NCBI GenBank assembly: GCA_947630585.1
Contig: CANRIE010000001.1
Location: 1-42,184 of the forward strand
Direction: 5' to 3'
DNA length: 42,184 nt
DNA from: an uncultured Bacilli bacterium
Lineage (GTDB): Bacteria > Bacillota_I > Bacilli_A > RF39 > UBA660
Part shown: positions 35,089 through 42,184 of the stretch, in pieces
Layout of the letters: each line of letters begins with the position of its first letter
Numbering within the stretch: position 1 is the first letter of the stretch
The notes under the pieces: generated by a model
The model's input: only the letters and a program-made list of their open reading frames with translations
Database searches by the model: none
What the model was told of the DNA's origin: nothing
Made by a program: the position numbers and the translations under genes

Positions 35089-36603
35089 TCATTTAAAAGT
35101 TAATATAATATTTATTTCTTTATTTTCAGATATTTCTATTTTTTCAATTAAATTAGTAATTAAAATTCTTTCAAATACTTTAAAATTTAAAAAATCATCA
35201 ATATATTTATCAATTACTTGTAATTTATTATCACGATTATTTTCTTTATTTAATTTTAAATAATAATTAATTTTATCTTGATTATTCCTTAATTCCTCTT
35301 TCATTTTTAAGACAAGTCTTTCATATTGTTCAAGAGTAATAACTTGATTTAATTTATCAAGATAAATATTATCTAAATTTTCATTTATTCTTTTTATTTC
35401 TTGTTCTAATTTTTTTATTTCCAAGTTATAATCATCATCTTTTAAATCATTTAAAATATTATTTCTAATTTTATCTTTATTAACTTGCTTTAAGAATTTA
35501 GTTTTTAATAAACTAACAATAATTAATTCTAAATCATCATAGTTATTAGAGTGTGATGTGCAAAGTTTTTCTTTTCTATAGGTTCTAAAATAGTTACAAA
35601 TTGTATAACATCTATCGTCTTTCTTTCTTCTTGGAGTTACCGAAATTCTACTTGAGCACTCATGACAATACATCAAAGAATCTAATAAATGTTCTTCTTT
35701 TTTATCAAGCCTTGAAACATTTTTAGGTAACATTTTTAAAGTACTTTCAAATACACTTCTTTCTATAATTGCTTCATGAGTATTCTTAACTACAATAAAT
35801 TCATCCTCTTTATTTTTAACAACTTTCTTAATTTTATAATTTATTTTATTTCTTTTATTTTGAACTAAATCTCCAACATAAACTTGATTATGTAAAATCT
35901 CATTTATGGTTTTAGCATTCCAAGTATTATAATGAATAGTATTAATATTATCATAGTAAGACGATGGGGTTCTTATTTTTAAATTTGTTAACGCATCAGC
36001 AATTTGATAATAATTTAACCCATTAAGGGCTAAATTAAATATCTTTTTAATAACATTCGCTTGCTCTTTATTTATAACTAAATGATTCTTATTCTTTTTA
36101 TCTTTTGAGTATCCGAAGGGCGCTTTTGCACCAACGAACTTCCCTTCTTTCATCTTAGCCTTCAAACTTGATCTTATTTTTTTTGAAATATCCTTGGCAT
36201 AAAAATCATTCATGATTGCTTTAAAGGGTGCTATATCATTATTAGAATTATCAAGATAAGTATCTAAATTATCCGTTACTGAAATATATCTAATATTGTG
36301 TTCCGGAAAATATTTTTCAATTAATTCTCCCGTTTTTATATAATCTCTCCCTAACCTAGACATATCTTTAGTTATAACCATATTAATTTTTTTATCTTCA
36401 ATATCTTTAATTAATCTTTTAAAACTTGGTCTTTCAAAATTAGTTCCTGAATACCCATCATCTATATAAATATCATAAACAAAAATATTATTTTCTTTGG
36501 TATATTGAAGTAATAAACTTTTTTGATTCTTGATACTCTCACTTACCATCACCTTTATATCATCTTCTTTTGATAATCTAATATAAAGTCCGGCTTTATT
36601 CAT
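35089..36603 (-). CDS. Large serine recombinase (resolvase/invertase N-domain, recombinase domain, zinc ribbon, coiled coil), 504 aa
   Basis: GLYIRLSKEDD (catalytic-Ser context), DGYSGTNFERPSFKRLIKDIE, VITKDMSRLGRD, the Cys cluster CHECSSRISV...RCYTICNYF...CTSH, and a Lys/Glu-rich coiled-coil tail. Confidence 0.9.
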   Translation of the reverse strand: MNKAGLYIRLSKEDDIKVMVSESIKNQKSLLLQYTKENNIFVYDIYIDDGYSGTNFERPSFKRLIKDIEDKKINMVITKDMSRLGRDYIKTGELIEKYFPEHNIRYISVTDNLDTYLDNSNNDIAPFKAIMNDFYAKDISKKIRSSLKAKMKEGKFVGAKAPFGYSKDKKNKNHLVINKEQANVIKKIFNLALNGLNYYQIADALTNLKIRTPSSYYDNINTIHYNTWNAKTINEILHNQVYVGDLVQNKRNKINYKIKKVVKNKEDEFIVVKNTHEAIIERSVFESTLKMLPKNVSRLDKKEEHLLDSLMYCHECSSRISVTPRRKKDDRCYTICNYFRTYRKEKLCTSHSNNYDDLELIIVSLLKTKFLKQVNKDKIRNNILNDLKDDDYNLEIKKLEQEIKRINENLDNIYLDKLNQVITLEQYERLVLKMKEELRNNQDKINYYLKLNKENNRDNKLQVIDKYIDDFLNFKVFERILITNLIEKIEISENKEINIILTFK

Positions 36604-36745
36604 CTTTTATTCCTTTTATTTTTAAACTTAAAACTTTACTTATGATACTTTCTAAATCATTAGTACCAAATGTAAATTTAATTTTATATTTATTCATATT
36701 AATCATTAAATTATATGATAGGTATTAAAAAATAAAACGATGTTA

Positions 36746-38464
36746 TTATAATAATTCTTTTTTGTATAGTCTTTGATATATTTTATTATTTTTAATTAGA
36801 TTCTCATGCGTATCAAACCCTACTATTTTCCCATCATCAATAACTAAAATTTTATCACAGTCAATAACTGTTGTTAATCTATGAGCAATAATTAGAATAG
36901 TATAATCCTTACGTATTTTTCTAATTGAATCATGAATATAATCTTGAGTTTCATTATCTAAACTACTTGTTGCTTCATCAAGCATAATTATTTTAGAATT
37001 CTTAACTAAGGCTCTGGCAATAGCAAGGCGTTGCTTTAAACCACCTGATAAAATAACTCCATTTTCACCAACTAAAGTATCATATTTATCTTCTAAAGTA
37101 TCAATGTATTCATTTAATTTACATAGTTTGCATTTCTCTTCTATTTCTTCGTCAGTTATATCAGGATTAACAATTTTTAAATTTTCTTTTATAGACATAT
37201 TAAATATATAAGGATCTTGGGTAATTGTTGAAATATTCTCCCTAATTGAATCTTCCGTTAGCTCATTAAGACAAATATCATCTAAATAAATATATCCAGA
37301 CTTTGGATTATATAATTTATTAATTAAATTGAAAATAGTTGTTTTCCCGGCTCCACTTTTTCCAACAATTCCAATTGTTTCACCTGCTTTAACTTTAAAA
37401 TCAATTCCTTTTAAAACCTCATTTTTATCATAACTAAAGATAACATTCTTAAATTCAATATCTCCTTTAACTTCCTTTAATTTAATATTGCCATATACTT
37501 CTTTTAAATATTTCTCACCACTAATAACATCATATATTCTCTCAATTGATAGATTTACTTCTTTGTAATTTCTATAAATATTACCAATTTCTCCAACTAA
37601 GGAAATAACTCTATTTCTATACATATATAAAACTAACATATTAGCACCATCTAATAACCCATTTTTAATTAATACGATACATAAAATAATAAACAATAAT
37701 TCATATATATTTTGCAAAATATCTTCTAAAAACCACTCTCTTTCATCTCTTTTCATAGAATCATAATCAATTTTTTTAATTGCTCTTTGGTCTTTCAAAG
37801 TCTTTTTAATTAAAGTATTTTTTAAATTTAAAACTTTAATATCTTTTATCCCTCTTATAAGTTCATTAAAATTACTTGAATATTTTTCATACATTTCATT
37901 AGATTTCTTTCTTTCCCCTTCCCATCTTTTAGTTCTTCTTATATTTAGATAAAAGAAAATAAATGAGAAAACAACAAAATATAAACCTAAATAAATATTA
38001 ATATAAAATATATAAAGTAAAATACCAAATGAGGATAAAAAACCAATTAAATTATATCTTAAATAAGTGAAGATACTTGCTAAAGAAGAAGCTGCATTAT
38101 TAACTCTTTCAGCAAAGAAACCGGTTCCATTTTGATCAAAATTCTTAATTTCTAAATTAAATAATTCTCTTGATGCATCTTCTTTTATTTTTAACTCAAC
38201 ATCATCTTGAATTTTAACACTACTCATTTTATTAATATAAGAAATTAATTGATCAACTATTCCACATATTACAAGTAAAATTGAATAAAATAGTATCTTA
38301 TTAAAATCAACTTTCGTGATTGCTTCTAAGCTTTTTGCAGAAATCAAAGGATTTAACATATTTATTCCGGTTATTCCAAGTGATGTTATCAAATAAACTC
38401 CAATTAAAAATTTCTTTTCTTTAAAATAAACTAAAATTCTTTTATAATAATCCCTCTTTTTCAT
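36746..38464 (-). CDS. ABC exporter, fused permease-ATPase half-transporter (MsbA/MdlB type, no C39 domain)
   Basis: Six N-terminal TM helices, Walker A GKSGAGKTT, signature LSGGLKQRLAIARAL, Walker B IIMLDEATSSLD. SD AGGAGAG. Confidence 0.85.
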   Translation of the reverse strand: MKKRDYYKRILVYFKEKKFLIGVYLITSLGITGINMLNPLISAKSLEAITKVDFNKILFYSILLVICGIVDQLISYINKMSSVKIQDDVELKIKEDASRELFNLEIKNFDQNGTGFFAERVNNAASSLASIFTYLRYNLIGFLSSFGILLYIFYINIYLGLYFVVFSFIFFYLNIRRTKRWEGERKKSNEMYEKYSSNFNELIRGIKDIKVLNLKNTLIKKTLKDQRAIKKIDYDSMKRDEREWFLEDILQNIYELLFIILCIVLIKNGLLDGANMLVLYMYRNRVISLVGEIGNIYRNYKEVNLSIERIYDVISGEKYLKEVYGNIKLKEVKGDIEFKNVIFSYDKNEVLKGIDFKVKAGETIGIVGKSGAGKTTIFNLINKLYNPKSGYIYLDDICLNELTEDSIRENISTITQDPYIFNMSIKENLKIVNPDITDEEIEEKCKLCKLNEYIDTLEDKYDTLVGENGVILSGGLKQRLAIARALVKNSKIIMLDEATSSLDNETQDYIHDSIRKIRKDYTILIIAHRLTTVIDCDKILVIDDGKIVGFDTHENLIKNNKIYQRLYKKELL

Positions 38465-38520
38465 ACTTAAACTCTCCTAAATCAGTCATATTATACCTTA
38501 TAATAATAATTTAATCAATA

Positions 38521-38544
38521 ATAAAACTTATCAGTGAGATAAGT
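38521..38544 (-). terminator. Rho-independent terminator of the DUF308 gene
   Basis: ACTTATC-AGTGA-GATAAGT (38526-38544), followed on the minus strand by TTTTATTATT. It lies directly after the stop codon. Confidence 0.55.
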
Positions 38545-38545
38545 C

Positions 38546-39112
38546 CTATTTTCTATTTTCAAAATATTTTTCTATTTTTCTTATATTTCTATTAAATATA
38601 ATAGCTTCAACAATATCAATTATAGCGAATCCAGTTAACATATAACCAACCGTTGCAACTAATATTCCTTTAGTTAAAATTATAATTACACCAAGTAACA
38701 TCATTAAAATTGATAACAATAAACTAATTATTCCTAATTTTTTACTTACAAATAATAACTTACTAACTAAAGATAAATTTTTAATACCTTCATAAATAGC
38801 AATTAAACCAATTATAATTCTAATAATACTTTGGAATTCATTTTTAAAGAAAAGACAAAGTAACCCCATTATAATATTTAATATTCCATAAGATAAATCA
38901 TAGTTAAAAATATTATATTTACCATCAAACTTAATATAGTAATAAATTTTTAAAACTCCATTTAGAATTAAAAAACCACCTATAAAGTAACTTATAATAT
39001 TTAAAATATTCTTAGGAAATAATATCATTATAATTCCCATTATGATAATTAAAACTCCAATAAAGATATTTTCATAATTATATTGTTTTAATTCTTTCTC
39101 AATCATTTTCAT
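38546..39112 (-). CDS. HdeD/DUF308-like integral membrane protein
   Basis: A 188-aa protein of about six TM helices with repeated IIxxIxGxLxIxxGI-type segments. SD AGGAGGA. Confidence 0.6.
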   Translation of the reverse strand: MKMIEKELKQYNYENIFIGVLIIIMGIIMILFPKNILNIISYFIGGFLILNGVLKIYYYIKFDGKYNIFNYDLSYGILNIIMGLLCLFFKNEFQSIIRIIIGLIAIYEGIKNLSLVSKLLFVSKKLGIISLLLSILMMLLGVIIILTKGILVATVGYMLTGFAIIDIVEAIIFNRNIRKIEKYFENRK

Positions 39113-39189
39113 TTTTTTATCCTCCTAATAACATTATAACACTTTCATAAGATAATTAATAGATTATTTGCTATATCATACATAAATAC

Positions 39190-39414
39190 TCAATCATGAG
39201 GTACTTCATGCATGATTGTTCTATGAACACATCTTTCTTGCATTGGTTCAACAACTGGTTGATTGCATCCACCATTACTATTACCCATCATATTCATATT
39301 ATTATTGAAGTCATTAGTAACGTTAGTATCAATATCAATGTTGTTAGTCATATCATTTGCAAAAAAGTTATTATTTATATCGTTATCTCTTTCATAACAT
39401 CTTTCTTGAAACAT
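39190..39414 (-). CDS. Asn-rich 74-aa protein with a CotD-like C-terminal motif
   Basis: SD AGGAGGA. The C-terminus QPVVEPMQERCVHRTIMHEVPH resembles the P(I/V)VxP...C.H.T....VPH pattern of CotD-family spore coat proteins. There is an internal repeat: FQERCYER and MQERCVHR. Confidence 0.4.
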   Translation of the reverse strand: MFQERCYERDNDINNNFFANDMTNNIDIDTNVTNDFNNNMNMMGNSNGGCNQPVVEPMQERCVHRTIMHEVPHD

Positions 39415-39510
39415 AAAAATCCTCCTATCTACTTTTATAGTATGAGCAGAATATTTATTTGAAAAGTATATTCACCTAATAACATGAATATAATTTTTTT
39501 GGAGGAACTT

Positions 39511-40590
39511 ATGAAAATAATTGTTTATGCTATTTCAAAAAATGAAAGTAAGTTTGCTAGTCGTTGGTATAATTCTATGAAAGAAGCAGATGAAGTGCAT
39601 GTCTTAGATACTGGGTCAACTGATGATACTAAAAAGAGGTTGCGCAAGTTAGGTGCAATTGTTCATGAAAAAGTATTTGATAATTTTAGATTTGATAATG
39701 CAAGAAATGAAATTTTAAATCTTTTACCAAGTGATGCAGACCTTTGTGTTTCAACGGATTTAGATGAAGTATTTATAAGTGGTTGGAGAAAGATTTTAGA
39801 AGATAATTATCATGGCGAAACAAGAGTTAGTTATACTTATAATTGGCACTTTGATGAATATAACAAACCTGATGTTACTTTTTATCTTGATAAAATTCAT
39901 ACAAGGAATGATTATAAGTGGACACACCCTGTTCACGAGGTTTTAGAAAATATTAATCATAATGAAACAAGAGTTACTATTCCCTCTTTAGTTTTAAATC
40001 ATTATCCTGACCCAGAAAAAAGTAGAGGTAACTACTTACCACTTTTAGAATTATCAGTTAAAGAAGATCCAGCTGATGATCGGAACATGCATTATTTAGG
40101 ACGCGAATACATGTATTATAAAAGATATCAAGAGGCAATTGATACTTTAATTAAACATTTAAGTTTAAAAACAGCAACTTGGAAAGATGAAAGATGTGCA
40201 TCTATGCGTTTTATTGGCAGATGTTATAAATATTTAAATAGATTTGATGAAGCAATTATGTGGTATGAAAAGGCAATTCAGGAAGCCCCTTACTTAAGAG
40301 ATCCTTATATGGAAATTGCACTTCTCTACTACGAAAAAGAAGATTATCAAAAAGTCTATACTTATTTAAAACAAGCCTTAAAGATAAAAAGTCACGGGAA
40401 GACTTATATTAATGAGGTCTTCTCTTGGAATGAAACTATCTATGATTTATTATCAATTGCTTGTTATTATCTAAATTATCTGCCTGAATCTCTTTATTAT
40501 ATAGATAAAGCCTTAGAAATAAATCCTAATAATGAAAGAATTAAAAATAATAAACTATTAATTGATAAAGTATTAAATAAAACAAGTTAG
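39511..40590 (+). CDS. Glycosyltransferase (GT-A/GT2-like N-domain) fused to TPR repeats
   Basis: MKIIVYAISKNE...VLDTGSTDDT...STDLDEVF, then TPR-like helices (HYLGREYMYYKRYQEAIDTL; RCYKYLNRFDEAIMWYEKAIQ; ALLYYEKEDYQKVYTYLKQAL). The ATG at 39511 follows SD GGAGGAA; the track start at 39484 lacks one. Confidence 0.75.
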   Translation: MKIIVYAISKNESKFASRWYNSMKEADEVHVLDTGSTDDTKKRLRKLGAIVHEKVFDNFRFDNARNEILNLLPSDADLCVSTDLDEVFISGWRKILEDNYHGETRVSYTYNWHFDEYNKPDVTFYLDKIHTRNDYKWTHPVHEVLENINHNETRVTIPSLVLNHYPDPEKSRGNYLPLLELSVKEDPADDRNMHYLGREYMYYKRYQEAIDTLIKHLSLKTATWKDERCASMRFIGRCYKYLNRFDEAIMWYEKAIQEAPYLRDPYMEIALLYYEKEDYQKVYTYLKQALKIKSHGKTYINEVFSWNETIYDLLSIACYYLNYLPESLYYIDKALEINPNNERIKNNKLLIDKVLNKTS

Positions 40591-40607
40591 GTTTAGTAAC
40601 TTGTTTT
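40579..40607. terminator. Bidirectional terminator hairpin between convergent genes
   Basis: A perfect 11-bp stem AAAACAAGTTA-GGTTTAG-TAACTTGTTTT that includes A/T runs on both sides. Confidence 0.65.
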
Positions 40608-40614
40608 AAGTTTA

Positions 40615-42093
40615 TTAGAAACTATCACATACTTCATGATTTTTGCCATAAATAGTTACACCAGGTGCTGTATAAGGTTCAAAATAATCTAACCATGGAT
40701 ATTTTTTTGTTGTATCTTCAGATGATGCTTCTATATTTTTAATTTCTGTACATGTTTTATCTATTGTTATTGAGGAAAGATTAATATTAGTATAATCTTT
40801 TTTTTCAAAGACACTAGCTCCTATGTATTGTATACCATTTCCTATTGTCACACTTGTTAATTGATTATAAGAAAAAGCGCCGACACCACTCCTCAAATTA
40901 CATTCTAAATCTATACAAATTGATCCGCCTATCGTTGTTACACTATTTGGTATATTTACATTTGTTAATTTATTATTTGCAAAAGCACTTGCTCCTATTG
41001 TTGTTACGCTATTTGGTATATTTACATTTGTTAATTTATTATTTGCAAAAGCACTATCTCCTATTATTGTTACACTACTTGGTATATTTACACTTGTTAA
41101 TTGATTATCAGCAAAAGCACTATCTCCTATTATTGTTACACTACTTGGTATACTTAAACTAATTATCCCTTTATTCTCAAATCCTACACCCCCACTTATA
41201 ATTGCAACTGGCTTAATAATAGAATAATCTTCTCCTAGTATTGTTACTTTAACCTTATCTATCACGCTTGGAATTACTACATCTTTTTGACAAGCATTAT
41301 CATAATCTAAATTTTTTCCACTATATTTTTCTTTTGTAATTTGTAAATCTTTAAATATCCCTAATTCAACTAACTTTTGAATTTGTGCTTGTGAAAATCT
41401 TCCTCTATCAAGCCAATTTTTAATTGTACCATCACCATCAAATTCACCGGTTCCATCACAAAAAACACGATATGTAATTTCATCGGGATTTTTTCCCAAT
41501 GGAATTGGAAGGTTTAATTTTGCCCATTCAACACAAGCATTTATCTCATTATCAGTTCTATCTTCATTATAAGTTGCTGTTGCTATAGTTCTTGTAAAAC
41601 AATTCATATAAGTTTTTTCATTAAAATCACCATTAACTGATACTTTAATACTTGCATAAACTTTATTATTCCAAGTATCCATATCATATATAGAATTATC
41701 TAAATTTCCTATTCTTGTTAATGGAGATATCCACATATATAATCGATACTTTCTAGTTATTTTATTTATGGTGTTAGCATTTATTGTATCTACCCATATA
41801 CTAGTTTTTTCTAAACTTGGATAACCCATTCTATCAAATATTACTTCTTCTTCATTATTATTTTTTACTTCTACTAGTTTAAATAATAATAAATCATCTC
41901 TTATTCTTTCAGTTCGATTTGTACTTACATCAGGAGTATCACCATAACTTAAAACTATTTCATAATTAATATCTTTAGAATAAGTATTTCGCCCATCAAT
42001 AGTAAATTCAAAATAAGGATCTGTTTCACTTACATATTCTTTAGGCATTGAATTTTCTATACTTAATGCTTTTGTTGGTTCTGTATATTTCAT
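40615..42093 (-). CDS. BspA-type leucine-rich-repeat protein with an N-terminal domain resembling that of the two secreted paralogs; no signal peptide (492 aa)
   Basis: The ATG at 42093 follows SD GGAGA and an extended -10 (TGgTATAAT, about 42115-42123). The LRR units are 22 aa: NIPSSVTIIGDSAFA(D/N)N(Q/K)LT(S/N)V. In-frame stops lie upstream, so no leader can be added. Confidence 0.7.
   Translation of the reverse strand: MKYTEPTKALSIENSMPKEYVSETDPYFEFTIDGRNTYSKDINYEIVLSYGDTPDVSTNRTERIRDDLLLFKLVEVKNNNEEEVIFDRMGYPSLEKTSIWVDTINANTINKITRKYRLYMWISPLTRIGNLDNSIYDMDTWNNKVYASIKVSVNGDFNEKTYMNCFTRTIATATYNEDRTDNEINACVEWAKLNLPIPLGKNPDEITYRVFCDGTGEFDGDGTIKNWLDRGRFSQAQIQKLVELGIFKDLQITKEKYSGKNLDYDNACQKDVVIPSVIDKVKVTILGEDYSIIKPVAIISGGVGFENKGIISLSIPSSVTIIGDSAFADNQLTSVNIPSSVTIIGDSAFANNKLTNVNIPNSVTTIGASAFANNKLTNVNIPNSVTTIGGSICIDLECNLRSGVGAFSYNQLTSVTIGNGIQYIGASVFEKKDYTNINLSSITIDKTCTEIKNIEASSEDTTKKYPWLDYFEPYTAPGVTIYGKNHEVCDSF
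40925..41165. repeat. About 3.5 tandem copies of a 66-bp coding repeat (LRR units)
   Basis: The unit GGTATATTTACA(T/C)TTGTTAAT... recurs at 40949, 41015, 41081 and 41147, a period of exactly 66 nt. Confidence 0.9.
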
Positions 42094-42184
42094 GTATATA
42101 TCTCCAGCTATCATTATACCAACTATTTTTTTATCCCAACTTTTACCTTATTTTCCTTATTTTATAAGGAAAACGTGTTTGATA

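Larger units (their letters stand above)
33167..36633. mobile_element. Putative ~3.45-kb serine-recombinase element (nuclease, Fic/Doc-like, recombinase) bounded by an imperfect direct repeat
   Basis: TATTTTTATCTTAAAA (33167-33182) and TATTTTTAAACTTAAAA (36617-36633) bracket exactly the three accessory genes. A gene remnant lies just outside the left copy. The boundaries are hypothetical. Confidence 0.3.

Noticed and set aside
36596-36706. A 36-codon minus-strand ORF (MINMNKYKIKFTFGTNDLESIISKVLSLKIKGIKDE) overlapping the recombinase start, considered as an excisionase/RDF or as the 5' half of a gene split by the element.
   Set aside because: It has no SD. It is AT-rich sequence in which such frames are expected. 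Joining it to the Cys-rich fragment at 33016-33162 across the direct repeats does not give a continuous frame.
1680-39462. Plus-strand ORFs in the track that lie antisense inside long minus-strand genes: 1680-1967, 3983-4210, 5265-5447, 6615-6824, 8276-8506, 9576-9818, 10131-10391, 11077-11283, 13503-13694, 15764-15952, the 16516-17517 group, 18827-19087, 23176-23388, 24094-24348, 24495-24749, 26376-26564, 29153-29416, 35000-35263 and 39196-39462.
   Set aside because: Each is a shadow frame of a gene whose opposite-strand product has clear family motifs or a strong SD. The shadow products are low-complexity (Leu/Ile/Ser/Phe-rich) and lack ribosome-binding sites.
39415-39483. A full sigma-K promoter for the CotD-like gene.
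   Set aside because: Only the -10-like CATACTATA is present. The nearest upstream 'AC' is about 21 nt away rather than 16-17 nt, so the promoter class cannot be assigned from sequence alone.
8234-39510. N-terminal extensions in the ORF track: topA 8248, pdp 10516, XRE 15684, ruvA 23849, bacteriocin B 30230, ABC exporter 32819 and GT-TPR 39484.
   Set aside because: In each case an internal ATG preceded by a proper Shine-Dalgarno sequence gives the family-typical N-terminus. The longer forms lack an SD or run through the gene's own promoter.
40845-41162. A 105-aa plus-strand ORF with a striking internal repeat (LLHYLVYLHLLIYYLQKH...).
   Set aside because: It is the antisense reading of the 66-bp LRR coding repeats of the 40615-42093 gene. 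The repetition is inherited from that gene.
40925-41165. Regularly spaced 66-bp repeats, considered as a possible CRISPR-like array.
   Set aside because: The units are contiguous with no unique spacers. They lie in frame inside a long ORF and encode canonical 22-aa BspA-type LRR units. No cas genes are present.
1-42184. tRNA, rRNA, CRISPR arrays, transposase/IS elements, prophage structural genes, and riboswitches upstream of queA, pdp and pfl.
   Set aside because: No cloverleaf-capable GC-rich segments, rRNA-like stretches, repeat-spacer arrays or transposase ORFs were seen. The intergenic regions before these genes are too short or contain only promoter and SD elements.

Overview
This is a strongly AT-rich, gene-dense chromosomal segment of a low-GC Firmicute, probably Erysipelotrichia- or Clostridia-like. 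TGA acts as a stop, and a ylmC/ymxH gene and a CotD-like gene are present. Nearly all genes are on the minus strand. All calls rest on motifs read by eye; no database or HMM search was possible.

Backbone genes: rarA (5' partial), a P-type cation ATPase, a processive GT2 synthase plus Wzx-like flippase, topA, a TrmH/SpoU methyltransferase, ylmC/ymxH, pdp, an AAA_14/DUF4143 ATPase, a PP-loop (TtcA-like) ATPase, copA, ruvA-ruvB-queA, an AI-2E transporter, an S66 LD-carboxypeptidase, pflB-pflA and rpsU.

Accessory content that stands out:
1. 29.85-32.8 kb: a compact double-glycine bacteriocin operon. It holds a C39-peptidase ABC exporter, a miniature 134-aa accessory protein, two GG-leader precursor peptides and an overlapping 54-aa hydrophobic immunity candidate. 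One precursor and the immunity candidate are absent from the ORF track.
2. 33.17-36.63 kb: a block of about 3.45 kb holding a DUF1016/YhcG PDDEXK nuclease, a Fic/Doc-like protein with a non-canonical motif, and a large serine recombinase. An imperfect 16/17-nt direct repeat flanks the block. Two related 26-28 bp palindromes with compensatory changes bracket the nuclease gene.
3. 10.58-10.92 kb: a candidate type I toxin-antitoxin module, with a 25-aa hydrophobic sORF convergent with a promoter-plus-terminator sRNA.
4. 16.45-18.30 kb and 23.92-25.86 kb: two mosaic paralogous secreted proteins with SipW/TasA-class signal peptides, in direct orientation around the ruv-queA block. One sits behind a consensus promoter overlapped by a palindromic operator next to a divergent XRE regulator. 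The other lies downstream of a G8 homopolymer tract inside a small ORF.
5. 40.6-42.1 kb: a related BspA-type LRR protein that lacks a signal peptide.

I found no rRNA, tRNA or CRISPR array.
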